From IMG/VR virus record IMGVR_UViG_3300033076_000324, positions 1 to 49,103 of that record: 49,103 nt of DNA; one strand, given 5' to 3'. The translations under genes and the position numbers were made by a program. The notes under the pieces are model-generated. The model was given only the letters and a program-made list of their open reading frames with translations. It searched no databases and was not told the DNA's origin. This stretch comes from a virus (lineage: Duplodnaviria; Caudoviricetes). How positions within the stretch are numbered: position 1 is the stretch's first letter; each line of letters begins with the position of its first letter. Below, one piece after another: positions 25,144 through 34,259 of this stretch.

Positions 25144-25722
25144 TCATTTTCGTCCTATTACCATAAAACGAGTGTAATGGGTTTCGGGGTCTTGCAGTTT
25201 GAGACTCCCTTGATACAATACTTGATCCAACGGAAACTTTTTGAGTATATCCCGGGTGCTGTGAAATTGGTATCCAGGATCGTGATCACGTGCTTGCATT
25301 GCAACCAGTGTCCCATCAGGAATATGTCGAAACCAATCCGTTCCATCCATGTCTGTTAAGCTGGTGTTGACCACAGCACCATCCATGCCCAGCTGTCGAT
25401 AGTCTAAGTCGTTGGCGTTCTTGTACATGTATTCAACGTTGTGGGCACCGATGTGATCCATCATGCGGCGACTTTGATCTAGCATGCCCTGATCGGTTTC
25501 TACATTGATGAACTTTTTGACTCGCACAGTAGGATCCAAGGTCATGTAAAGTGCTAGATTGCCATACCATGAACCCAGGATATACAGTGTCGAGATTGAA
25601 GGTTTGATTTGAGCCAACTCTTGTATGAGCCAAACTTTACTTTTAGTCAAGTCGTGAGTGAAACTGCCTGCTAGGCTGTAACCACTGGACTCTGCGATTG
25701 CGTAAAGTTCGTTGAGTATCAT
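25144..25722 (-). CDS. Class I SAM-dependent methyltransferase-like protein
   Basis: SKVWL, LYILGSWYG (motif I), INVETD, VVNTS and terminal RFMVIGRK. Confidence 0.65.
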   Translation of the reverse strand: MILNELYAIAESSGYSLAGSFTHDLTKSKVWLIQELAQIKPSISTLYILGSWYGNLALYMTLDPTVRVKKFINVETDQGMLDQSRRMMDHIGAHNVEYMYKNANDLDYRQLGMDGAVVNTSLTDMDGTDWFRHIPDGTLVAMQARDHDPGYQFHSTRDILKKFPLDQVLYQGSLKLQDPETHYTRFMVIGRK

Positions 25723-27593
25723 TTGTCTTTCTTGCTGGCATCAATGGCAGCAAGTCTGCGAGCCAAATCGGCAATGTCAACTGGTTTTTTCTTTTCTTGC
25801 TCACGGGCTTTTTGACCTACACGAGCAACCATGTCTTGATACTTATCGCTGTAATCAACTTCTTCCTCGTCGTTTTCTCTTACACCGCTCATTGCTGCCT
25901 TAAACTGCTCTGGGCTACCGGCAACTTTCTTTGCTATATCAGCATAGTACCTTGGATCGACGTCTGACGCATTTGCTTTTGCAGCAGCAAATTTTGGATT
26001 TACCTCACGCTGTGTAATAGTCGGTTCTAACACATTATCGCTTGGTTCAAATGCTAGAGATTTTTGTCCTGTGACTTTGTTAATAACAGATGAATCACCT
26101 TGTTGAATACGCTGAGACATTGCTGCCATGGGATCTGCTTTGGGTGCTGCTAATTGTGCAGCAGTAGACTTCATAGCAGACTTCTGCAACGCAGGTTTGT
26201 TCTTGGACTTTGCCTTGACTTTCTTTGCAGGTTCAGCAGCAGTAGTTGTAGCAACAGGTGCGGGTGCAGAATCTGTTTTGGATTTTTTCTCTGCCTTGCG
26301 ACCTGACATAGAGGCAAGTTTCTTTTCTAACTCGCTGTTGACTGATTGCAGTTGTTGCAAGCGACTTGCTAGGGTGGAATTTTGTTGTTCAAGACTTTGA
26401 ATCTCTTGCTCTTGCTCTTGGTCAATTTTGGAAATTTGACTTAGCATTTGATCTTGCTTGCGTTCTGCTTGGCGAAGTTGATCAAAGCTCTTCGAGTCTT
26501 GGTCTTGACTACGCATGAAGTCTTTAGCCAATGCTTCAATGCCTGTGCCAGCGGTAGGGAAATCGGCTTTGGCACGAGAGATAGCACGTTGTAGTGCTAC
26601 GTCTCTTACTTCGGGTTCATCTTCTTTTTTTTTATCTGCTTCAGCTACGCTGTTGAGCTTTTGTGGTTGAACAACGTCACCGTATCCAGCTGGCAAATTT
26701 AATTTATTCTGTCCTAAGTTGGCTTTTGCGACAGTCTTAAGATCAGCACCCTGGACTACATTGCTTTGTTGCAACATGCCTTTGTGTTGTGCGAACCATT
26801 GTTGCTTGGTGACCTTATGCATGTTATAGAACTCGCGTGGACTTAACGTTTTATAGTCTTCGTATTCAGCAGCAATCTCTCCTACACGACCTTCGTCTAG
26901 TGTTTGCTCGTTCATTTGATCGACTACATGTTTCAAATCAGCAAGTGCAGCCTTCTTACTATCATAGCCGCTATACCAAGTATTGGTTTCGTAGTGCTTC
27001 ATGTAGTATGGGCCATTACCTGGACTTGCTTCATGGTCAACACCAATCTCGCCCACTGCTTTTCCATTCTTGTAAACAATCTTTGGAGAACCAACACTCA
27101 TGTCGCTCATACGATTGCCTACGCCAGCTTCAGCTACACCTGACTCTTTGTCTTGTGCTGCTTTTTTAGCAGCTTCGCGCTTCTTGCGGAAGATTTCACG
27201 GAAGTATGCGTCATCTTCTTCTGGACTATACGGATAATCACTTGGTGCGCTACGGCGTTTTGCTGGAGCATTTCGTGCTGCATAATAATCTTCGTCGCTG
27301 TCAAAGTTGCGTGGATCAACTTCGCTTACTTGCTCTTTTTCTGCGCCTTGGCGTTGTAGATGTGCATAAGCAGAAACCAAGTCACTGTCAAAATCTTCAT
27401 CATACGCAAACAAAGAGTGAGCACGTTTACGTCCTAGATCGTTTACTGCCAAATCAAAAGCATAATCCAACACTTCATCTGCTGCACCAGTGGCATCTAA
27501 GTCGGGTGCTGCTTTAAAAATTTGATATGCCAACTCTTCGGCATAGTTAGATCCGGGCTGGTTGTTGTCTTCAAACAAGTTCAATAAATTCAT
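25719..27593 (-). CDS. Hypothetical modular protein (probable virion internal protein)
   Basis: 624 aa with acidic, basic and coiled-coil segments separated by VSE/VAE/LDE/VRE linkers. Confidence 0.75.
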   Translation of the reverse strand: MNLLNLFEDNNQPGSNYAEELAYQIFKAAPDLDATGAADEVLDYAFDLAVNDLGRKRAHSLFAYDEDFDSDLVSAYAHLQRQGAEKEQVSEVDPRNFDSDEDYYAARNAPAKRRSAPSDYPYSPEEDDAYFREIFRKKREAAKKAAQDKESGVAEAGVGNRMSDMSVGSPKIVYKNGKAVGEIGVDHEASPGNGPYYMKHYETNTWYSGYDSKKAALADLKHVVDQMNEQTLDEGRVGEIAAEYEDYKTLSPREFYNMHKVTKQQWFAQHKGMLQQSNVVQGADLKTVAKANLGQNKLNLPAGYGDVVQPQKLNSVAEADKKKEDEPEVRDVALQRAISRAKADFPTAGTGIEALAKDFMRSQDQDSKSFDQLRQAERKQDQMLSQISKIDQEQEQEIQSLEQQNSTLASRLQQLQSVNSELEKKLASMSGRKAEKKSKTDSAPAPVATTTAAEPAKKVKAKSKNKPALQKSAMKSTAAQLAAPKADPMAAMSQRIQQGDSSVINKVTGQKSLAFEPSDNVLEPTITQREVNPKFAAAKANASDVDPRYYADIAKKVAGSPEQFKAAMSGVRENDEEEVDYSDKYQDMVARVGQKAREQEKKKPVDIADLARRLAAIDASKKDK

Positions 27594-28294
27594 TATGCTT
27601 CCTCAATATAATCAGCAGAGTCATCCTGCGGGCGGCTTGCTTGCCACATTTCCAACGCCATGCTGGCATGATCTAAGTTCTTAAAACGACTTGGCAAACG
27701 ACGATTGCCATGACGAATTTCAAAACCTGTGTGTTCGTTACCGTGTATTTCACAAATGCGACCATCTTCCAGTGTGATTGTTTTTACAGGTGCGCTGGCT
27801 TGTGCAGCGTAGGTGGGTTCTTGAATTGGCGCAACAGGAATGTCTGCTGCGGGTTCTGTTTCTGTGGGATCTTCGTCGAGATCTTGTTCTTTAGCAACAA
27901 TGTCGCGATCCTTTGCTTTACCGCCGATGTCACGGTCAGCTGGCTTGTCCCCAATGTCTCGATCTTTCTTTTTAGACACTGTGTCTTCCACTGAGTCGAG
28001 ATAGTCGATAAATGACTTTTTAACTTTGTCCAGTAACTTTTCTTCGTTAGCTACAGCTTCTTCGATCGGCTCTTCTTCTGTCTCTTTGGATTCTGCGCCT
28101 ACAAAGTAACCTTTGGTCACAGCAGGTTTGTCAGGATCTCCGCCTAACACGGGACCGCCTTTACCGGGCTTGAACAGCGCAGGCAATTGATGCACAGACT
28201 TTTGCTGTGGGTTCTGACTACCTGTTGGCTCACTAGGTGTAATACGGCCTTCCAAGATGGCCAGTCGTTTGACAATGTCGTGCATGTTGTTCAT
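27593..28294 (-). CDS. Hypothetical protein (probable virion internal protein)
   Basis: 233 aa, acidic, abutting its neighbours; ends DYIEEA. Confidence 0.75.
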   Translation of the reverse strand: MNNMHDIVKRLAILEGRITPSEPTGSQNPQQKSVHQLPALFKPGKGGPVLGGDPDKPAVTKGYFVGAESKETEEEPIEEAVANEEKLLDKVKKSFIDYLDSVEDTVSKKKDRDIGDKPADRDIGGKAKDRDIVAKEQDLDEDPTETEPAADIPVAPIQEPTYAAQASAPVKTITLEDGRICEIHGNEHTGFEIRHGNRRLPSRFKNLDHASMALEMWQASRPQDDSADYIEEA

Positions 28295-28295
28295 A

Positions 28296-28739
28296 TTATG
28301 CTCTCTGATCTTTCAAGAAACTTCTCAGCATCCAGCCATGTTTGCCATGTGCATCAATGCGTTCTGCTATAAAGTTAGCAATACCTTGTTGGTTTTCTTG
28401 TTCAGCCGCAGCAAATGTTTCATTTAACAAATCAATCATTTGCTCATTGTTGGCCAAGAGTTCTTCGATCATTAGTCGTGCGCGGGGCACTTTGGTTTGT
28501 CCGGAAATGCGTGATAGCTCTAAAAAACGTTCAAAACTACCTGGTGCATAATCATCTAGAGTGCGAATGTATTCGGCAGTGCGGTCAATAGAATTGTCGT
28601 AGACTTCTTCGTATAAATCGCCAAAAAACTCATGTAGTTGTGCAAAATCTGGTCCTTCGACATTCCAGTGAAAGAACTGAGCTTTGATTACAAAAGCATA
28701 TTCAGTTGCTAATAGAGTTTTTAAACTGTCCGCGAGCAT
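28296..28739 (-). CDS. dps: Dps-family ferritin-like protein
   Basis: HWNVEGPDFAQLHEFF...DRTAEYIR and KHGWML ferroxidase signature. Confidence 0.92.
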   Translation of the reverse strand: MLADSLKTLLATEYAFVIKAQFFHWNVEGPDFAQLHEFFGDLYEEVYDNSIDRTAEYIRTLDDYAPGSFERFLELSRISGQTKVPRARLMIEELLANNEQMIDLLNETFAAAEQENQQGIANFIAERIDAHGKHGWMLRSFLKDQRA

Positions 28740-28914
28740 TTTTATTCCTTTTAAATTCTTTGGGCGTGTTAGGCGTAGGATCTGTAGTATATTTACCTGA
28801 CATTAAGTTTGCACCATTTCTTGAAATCATACCCATTGGTTGTTCTGCCACAGCGATCCCGCCTGCACAAGTAGCACCAACAGATGCTGATTCAACAATT
28901 TCACGCCATCTCAT
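28702..28914 (-). CDS. Hypothetical protein
   Basis: 70 aa beginning MRWREIVES. Confidence 0.65.
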   Translation of the reverse strand: MRWREIVESASVGATCAGGIAVAEQPMGMISRNGANLMSGKYTTDPTPNTPKEFKRNKNARGQFKNSISN

Positions 28915-29194
28915 TTCTAATCCTTAACACATCGCCCTTGACAGTTCCGGGCCCATAGTCTACATGCATGTTTTCGACTCGTAGTTTGGCCAAGGCAGGA
29001 GGAACCAATTCGCAGTGAATTCGATAGTTTCCTTCGGGGGCCTCAATTTGCAGCATTTCTTGTAGATACGCATCAGTAAAATTAAACGTGCGTTCTGTGA
29101 ACAGTTCGTCATTGACGTAGACACGATAGTCAGGAGCAGATCCTGTCCAATCGCAATGCACATCAAATAACACTTTAACAAAATGCCTAGTCAT
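28901..29194 (-). CDS. Hypothetical beta-rich protein
   Basis: 97 aa with PDYRVYVNDELFTER; TAAATA lies 5 nt upstream of the ATG. Confidence 0.7.
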   Translation of the reverse strand: MTRHFVKVLFDVHCDWTGSAPDYRVYVNDELFTERTFNFTDAYLQEMLQIEAPEGNYRIHCELVPPALAKLRVENMHVDYGPGTVKGDVLRIRNEMA

Positions 29195-29228
29195 GAATAT
29201 ATTTAGCTATTATGACAAAGGCCCTGAG

Positions 29229-29423
29229 TTACTTGACCTGACGTATGCTACCAATATGCCAATCCTCGACACCATACTGTGCCTTCATTAACTGACGTGC
29301 TTGATTGGCTGTGTTTGCTGTGACTGTGACATCAATTCTACCCACATAGTTAGGATGTTGAATACGCACTGATGCTGTCCACAGCAATCCTTTACTTTTA
29401 GGTAGTATTTCTCGGGCTTTCAT
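29229..29423 (-). CDS. Hypothetical protein
   Basis: 64 aa beginning MKAREIL; ATGA overlap with the upstream gene. Confidence 0.7.
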   Translation of the reverse strand: MKAREILPKSKGLLWTASVRIQHPNYVGRIDVTVTANTANQARQLMKAQYGVEDWHIGSIRQVK

Positions 29424-29992
29424 TTGTTCTTCCCAGATTTCATGTTAGCGCACCAATGCGCCATGCGTTGTCTTTCGCCCGATGAGTTTTTAGCTATGCT
29501 TCTAAGTTTTGATACTGATTGTTTACAATTGACGCCTACACGCTTGGCAAGTCCCTTGCGTCCGGGCTTCTTACCGTCTGCAAAATTTTCGTCTAAATCC
29601 TCTTGCTCATCTGTGAACAAGTAAACAGAAATAGGACGACCTGCTTTCCATGCTCGAGTAGTTCTGTGGTGACCGTCAAGAATATATGCTTTGCCTTGTT
29701 TTTCGTATACAACAGGTTTGTCTGGGTATTCGGAGAACAGTGGCTCGCCGCCACCTTCGTTACTAAGCCAATCTTGTGTGGCTAATAATTGCTTGGGATC
29801 GACTGGAACCTCATACGGTGCAACACCGGCATTTATTAGATCATTGACTTCTTGGTGTAATGCGAACACATCTCTGTAGTTGCCCGGTGGAGCAAACTGG
29901 TCACTTTCTGGACCCAGATAATCACCAATTGGCAGTGGGATAGCATACTTCTCTACGCCCCATGTTTCTACAATAAATTCAACAGCTCTCAT
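29420..29992 (-). CDS. ParB/Srx-like domain protein with a basic C-terminal domain
   Basis: LATQDWL...PVVY...YILDGHHR is a ParB/Srx core, followed by LDE-NFADGKKPGRKG...HWCANMKSGK. Confidence 0.7.
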   Translation of the reverse strand: MRAVEFIVETWGVEKYAIPLPIGDYLGPESDQFAPPGNYRDVFALHQEVNDLINAGVAPYEVPVDPKQLLATQDWLSNEGGGEPLFSEYPDKPVVYEKQGKAYILDGHHRTTRAWKAGRPISVYLFTDEQEDLDENFADGKKPGRKGLAKRVGVNCKQSVSKLRSIAKNSSGERQRMAHWCANMKSGKNK

Positions 29993-29995
29993 GTG

Positions 29996-31150
29996 TTATC
30001 CCATCTCCGGTACTACTGTGACACCATCTACCATTTGTCTTGGATTCTGTGTCAACCAATTCATTGCGATACGGTTGGCATCACTTTGAGAATTGCCGAT
30101 GCCACCGAATCTGTAAATCACTTGATTGTTGGGGTCTAATATCAACCACTGTCCGGTGAATGATCCTGTGCCCGAAGGGTTGTAAGTTTGTCCAACTTGG
30201 CTACCTGTAGTGGGTTCGTTTGCTGTATTAATGATGCCAACTTGTGCTGCATCACCGCCAGTTGCTGCTAATGTAGATTGTTGTGTTCTAACACCATACA
30301 ACTCAGGTGCTTCGCCGCGTAAGCCTAATGCAGAACGTGCTTCTTCTTCGGCAGCAGCCCGATTGGTGTGCTCTAGTCGTCTCACTGATTCACCATTGCT
30401 GATTCTGTAGATTTCCCAAGGCCCTGGGCCTGTTGGTACTAAGTTACGTGGTTGACCTTCACGCGGCACGTTTTGTGTGCTAGTAAACTCGTCAGGAGCT
30501 GCGGGTTGTGACGGTTCAATCTCACGAACCTCAATGTCAGTGCGTATGCCAGGACGTTCAGCACGTTGTTGTTCAATCCATTGCTCCGCTGCTTCTCGGC
30601 TTGGGAATCTGCGTAGTGGGATTTCTTGTTGTCCTGGATATTCGCCTGGCTCTCTAGCAAAACGGCTTGCACCGTCAATCCAAATGCCCCAGTTGCCTTG
30701 TTGTGTAGCCGCAGCACGTCGGCGTGCTAGGTCTAGTGTGCTGCCCGGAACTGGCGTTGATTCTGATTCGTCTTGCAGTGAATATTCGTCTGAGTTCCAA
30801 CCTTGCATACGCACAAAGTCATATTTCTGACCAATTGCATCACTGCGATTGTCAGCGTAGAAGCGATGTACCACTGTGCCATCACTGTCACGAACGATTG
30901 CATAGTTAGGAGCACCGCGAGCGGCACCAAACTGTGTTGATGGCTGTTGAGCTGCCGGTTGTTGGGTAGTTTCGCCTTCTTTGTATGGACGCAATGGTGT
31001 AACAGTTGCTCCGGCTAGTCGTTCCTCAGGAACTCCCCATTCTTCAGCAGCAACTTGTTTAGCTACATCTGCAGAACCAGCAACCACTTCCATGCGACGG
31101 TTTGCATCCCATTGAACGTTCCACCACATCTTGCCTGCTTGTTTGCCCTT
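29996..31150 (-). CDS. Repeat-module protein; probably the frameshifted C-terminus of the 31059-34166 gene
   Basis: Overlaps the upstream ORF in the +1 frame, has no SD, and carries several W/Y-x-I...G..V.RF...A modules. Confidence 0.6.
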   Translation of the reverse strand, partial: KGKQAGKMWWNVQWDANRRMEVVAGSADVAKQVAAEEWGVPEERLAGATVTPLRPYKEGETTQQPAAQQPSTQFGAARGAPNYAIVRDSDGTVVHRFYADNRSDAIGQKYDFVRMQGWNSDEYSLQDESESTPVPGSTLDLARRRAAATQQGNWGIWIDGASRFAREPGEYPGQQEIPLRRFPSREAAEQWIEQQRAERPGIRTDIEVREIEPSQPAAPDEFTSTQNVPREGQPRNLVPTGPGPWEIYRISNGESVRRLEHTNRAAAEEEARSALGLRGEAPELYGVRTQQSTLAATGGDAAQVGIINTANEPTTGSQVGQTYNPSGTGSFTGQWLILDPNNQVIYRFGGIGNSQSDANRIAMNWLTQNPRQMVDGVTVVPEMG

Positions 31151-34100
31151 GTTTAGGCAATTCGCCTGCGGCATAACGACTAAAGATATTCAACAAGTCT
31201 TTGTCGCTGGCTTTCATTTCTTGTTTAGAACCAGTCTTGGCTTCACGGCCGCCGCCTTGTCCTGTCAGCACTTTGTAGAGTTTCTTTTGATACTCTTGCT
31301 TGTACTTGTTGGGATTCATAGCAGCATCTAGCGTTACTACCATGCGGTTGATTGTGTCCACCATCTTTTGCGGATTGTCTGCAATGATGCTGAGATAGTC
31401 ACCGCCTGGGCTTCGGAATTCAACGCGATTGTCTTTGGTGTTAATGGACGTAAACTTGTCAGTAACTCCTGAGTGAATCAACTTACTTGCTTCAGCGTTG
31501 AGTTGGCTTTTCATCTTATCCAGTAACTCTTGAGCTTTTTCAGGCTTTTGTTGAACTAGTTGTTTGACCTTTTCGATAGCAGGTTTAGCGTATGAATTAC
31601 CAATGCGATCAAACTCACGCAAGACGTGTTCATCACCTAGCAGTAATGCGGCCTTTAGGTAGTCTAGTTTGTTTAAGTCATATCCTGGCACTGAAATGTT
31701 GGTGTGTATACTAGTCTTGTTGTTCTTGCCTGTATACACTCCATATTCGCCAGCCCAGTTCTGAACTCGTTTCATCAAGTCAGGAACTTGTTCCAGTGGA
31801 GTAGGTGGGCTTACAAATTCCAAGCCAACGTCATCTCGACTGTTGCCATCTAAACTGCCATCAGGTTCAATACTGAAACAATCGTCGGGCTTTTCGCTGC
31901 CAACCAGCACCCAGCCATCGCCTGTCCACTTTTTGTAAGATCCGTGATAACTGGAACTGTATGCAACTGTGTCTGCACCAATACCATTCATAAAGTCTAA
32001 TGCTACACGTTCAATATCAGTTTCGTCGTCGCCACTGCTACTGGTATAATAAGGCCAAGTCACATGCCCATATTCACTTTCAACATCTGAAGCATAACGA
32101 ATGCCTTGATCACTTAGCCATGCTTCTTCATCGTAGTCGCCATCGTCTCGTTTTTCTTCTTCAAACGCTTCGCGAGCACGGTCATAGATACCACCTTGTG
32201 CTTCCCAAGTTTCGGTATAGTAGTTGGCTTCGATTTCCTGCAACTTTTGTGATTTTAATTCTTTGAACTCATCAGAGTCGGGATCCAGGTCGGGATATTC
32301 TGCTTTGAGGTCGCTTTCGACGTCGTCCTCAAAATCTTCAGGATCAAAAGGTTCTTCTCTATCTACATATTCTGTGAAGAATTCAAATCCATTATCGTAC
32401 CAGTCCTCGTCCATCTTTCCAATTTGCCAATCAAAGAAATTTGATTCCATAGCTTCTCGAAGTCTGCGAAGCTCATTGCGGCCGTTGTAATCGCCGTCGT
32501 CAAAGAAGCTCACAGCATCGTCGATGCTTCGAACCCGTTGATCCTGGTCGTAGTCGGGCTCCATGTCGCCACCGTCATCATCGACTTTGGCATTGGGCAC
32601 AATCATTTCAAACTCTAAACCAACTTTGACTCCGGGAATGTCTTTGGCTAACTTGGCCAAGTTCTTTGAAGTCATTTTAACTTCAAACAGGTCTTGTTCA
32701 AACAGTTTGAACTCGCTTAATAAATTTTCTGCTAACTCGTCGCTTTCACGTAAGTTAGCTGACTTGATCAACAATCCTGGCTTGCCTTGCGCATCAGTTT
32801 TGAGAGCCATCTTGTTGGCTTGTCTGCCAGTTTCACCGGGCTTGATGTCTACACTCAGCGCCATTGCATACTGTGGCAATCGGGCTTCTTTTTTGTTCTT
32901 GGGAATGTAACCTGAAGCAGACTCTGACACCGGAACGTCTCGGAAATATTCTGGGTGCAAGTTGGCGTATTCACGCATGATAACACCGGCCACAGCATGT
33001 GCTTCGTTTTCGTATGGCGATCCGGTTTCGCCTGCATCCGGCGGCATGGTTTCGCGTTCATCTTGCTTGCGATGTTGTAGCTCGTGCGCCAAAGTTCGCA
33101 AGATGTCCATGATGTGACGTTCGCCAATGGCCAAGTCAATGGTATCTGTTTCGTTGGTATAGCGGCCAAAACTTTGATGCTCTGTGCTCCACTTGGGATC
33201 TTTGTGTAGTTTGAACTTTGGAAGTTTCTTTAGGCCAATTTTCTTTCTGGCAAACTTGATAAAGTCCTTGATAATTTCTTCATGCGGCGGAACGTCTGTT
33301 TCATTCAAGAACATCTGTGTAGTAGGGTTCACGCCATCGGGTGTGGTTGTGGCATCTTCTTCGACACCCCCTGCATCACCAGCGTCGCTGAAATCAAACA
33401 CAGGTCCCCATGATCTTGCAAACCCGTATTTTACTTTTTTCTTTTTCTTTTTACGTTCTACAAGACTTAGTTCAGCATCTCTAGCAGCAGTTCGTGCTTT
33501 GTATAGTTTTTCGATGTAACCTTGATTGCGTAACATTTTATACGCAAGATTTTCTGGGCCCAACTCGCCGTGTGCATCTAATCCTGCTTGACGATATGTT
33601 TTGATCTTCTTGGCCAGTGTGTTGATCTTGTCGGTGTCATTGCTGTCCACAGCAGAATCAATTCTGTGTTTGTAATCTTCGTATTTGCTGCGAACTGCGT
33701 CGTCGTCGACTGTTGCTTTGCGTTTACGTGGAATGTGAATCCAGTCATTGTTTACAACAGAAAACACACCTTGGCTCACAGGGGGCTTGTTGGCGTTTTC
33801 TACATATAACTCAACATCATAACCACCAATTTTAATATTGTGCAATTCATTGTATTGAAACTTTTTGGCATCAAACAACTCGCGGTAAACTTCATCTTCG
33901 TCGGCACGGGGAATGTCGACCACTAGGTGTAGGTCAATGTCTGAATATGGTGTGTATGTGTAACCGGCATTGCTTCCGGATACAGTAATATCTTTGACTT
34001 CTAAATCACTCAACCCTAAACTTTCTTTGAAGTCAGCAGCAATTTCAAGAAGTTTGTCACGAACTTCGGGACGCATTTTTTCACCATCCCAAATGCGTGG

Positions 34101-34166
34101 GTTCAGCTGGTCATTGAATTTAACAGCATCAGCAAGGTTGTAAGAGTCTAGTTCTTGTAAGTTCAT
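31059..34166 (-). CDS. Polyvalent protein: Pol-beta-like nucleotidyltransferase + HExxH metallopeptidase-like + amidoligase-like domains
   Basis: SGSNAGY...SDIDLHL...VELYVE; TLAHELQH...ENEA; VGLEFE...EPDGSL...GLEFVSPP...SIHTNIS...SIN...VEFRSPGG. Confidence 0.75.
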   Translation of the reverse strand: MNLQELDSYNLADAVKFNDQLNPRIWDGEKMRPEVRDKLLEIAADFKESLGLSDLEVKDITVSGSNAGYTYTPYSDIDLHLVVDIPRADEDEVYRELFDAKKFQYNELHNIKIGGYDVELYVENANKPPVSQGVFSVVNNDWIHIPRKRKATVDDDAVRSKYEDYKHRIDSAVDSNDTDKINTLAKKIKTYRQAGLDAHGELGPENLAYKMLRNQGYIEKLYKARTAARDAELSLVERKKKKKKVKYGFARSWGPVFDFSDAGDAGGVEEDATTTPDGVNPTTQMFLNETDVPPHEEIIKDFIKFARKKIGLKKLPKFKLHKDPKWSTEHQSFGRYTNETDTIDLAIGERHIMDILRTLAHELQHRKQDERETMPPDAGETGSPYENEAHAVAGVIMREYANLHPEYFRDVPVSESASGYIPKNKKEARLPQYAMALSVDIKPGETGRQANKMALKTDAQGKPGLLIKSANLRESDELAENLLSEFKLFEQDLFEVKMTSKNLAKLAKDIPGVKVGLEFEMIVPNAKVDDDGGDMEPDYDQDQRVRSIDDAVSFFDDGDYNGRNELRRLREAMESNFFDWQIGKMDEDWYDNGFEFFTEYVDREEPFDPEDFEDDVESDLKAEYPDLDPDSDEFKELKSQKLQEIEANYYTETWEAQGGIYDRAREAFEEEKRDDGDYDEEAWLSDQGIRYASDVESEYGHVTWPYYTSSSGDDETDIERVALDFMNGIGADTVAYSSSYHGSYKKWTGDGWVLVGSEKPDDCFSIEPDGSLDGNSRDDVGLEFVSPPTPLEQVPDLMKRVQNWAGEYGVYTGKNNKTSIHTNISVPGYDLNKLDYLKAALLLGDEHVLREFDRIGNSYAKPAIEKVKQLVQQKPEKAQELLDKMKSQLNAEASKLIHSGVTDKFTSINTKDNRVEFRSPGGDYLSIIADNPQKMVDTINRMVVTLDAAMNPNKYKQEYQKKLYKVLTGQGGGREAKTGSKQEMKASDKDLLNIFSRYAAGELPKQGQTSRQDVVERSMGCKPSHGSGCWFCRCS

Positions 34167-34232
34167 AGGTAATTCAGAATATCAACTTGTATTTATTCCC
34201 AGCATAGTTTACAGGATATAGATGTCGAAGTC

Positions 34233-34258
34233 AAAATAAAAGCCCCTTGCGGGGCTTT
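34233..34258 (-). terminator. Rho-independent terminator
   Basis: On -: AAAGCCCC-GCAA-GGGGCTTT followed by TATTTT. Confidence 0.85.
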
Positions 34259-34259
34259 A

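Noticed and set aside
26625-26633. T9 run (A9 on the coding strand), and the Lys-codon run near 33435-33451, as slippage or phase-variation sites
   Set aside because: Both reading frames are intact and simply encode Lys tracts; there is no alternative-frame ORF to switch into.
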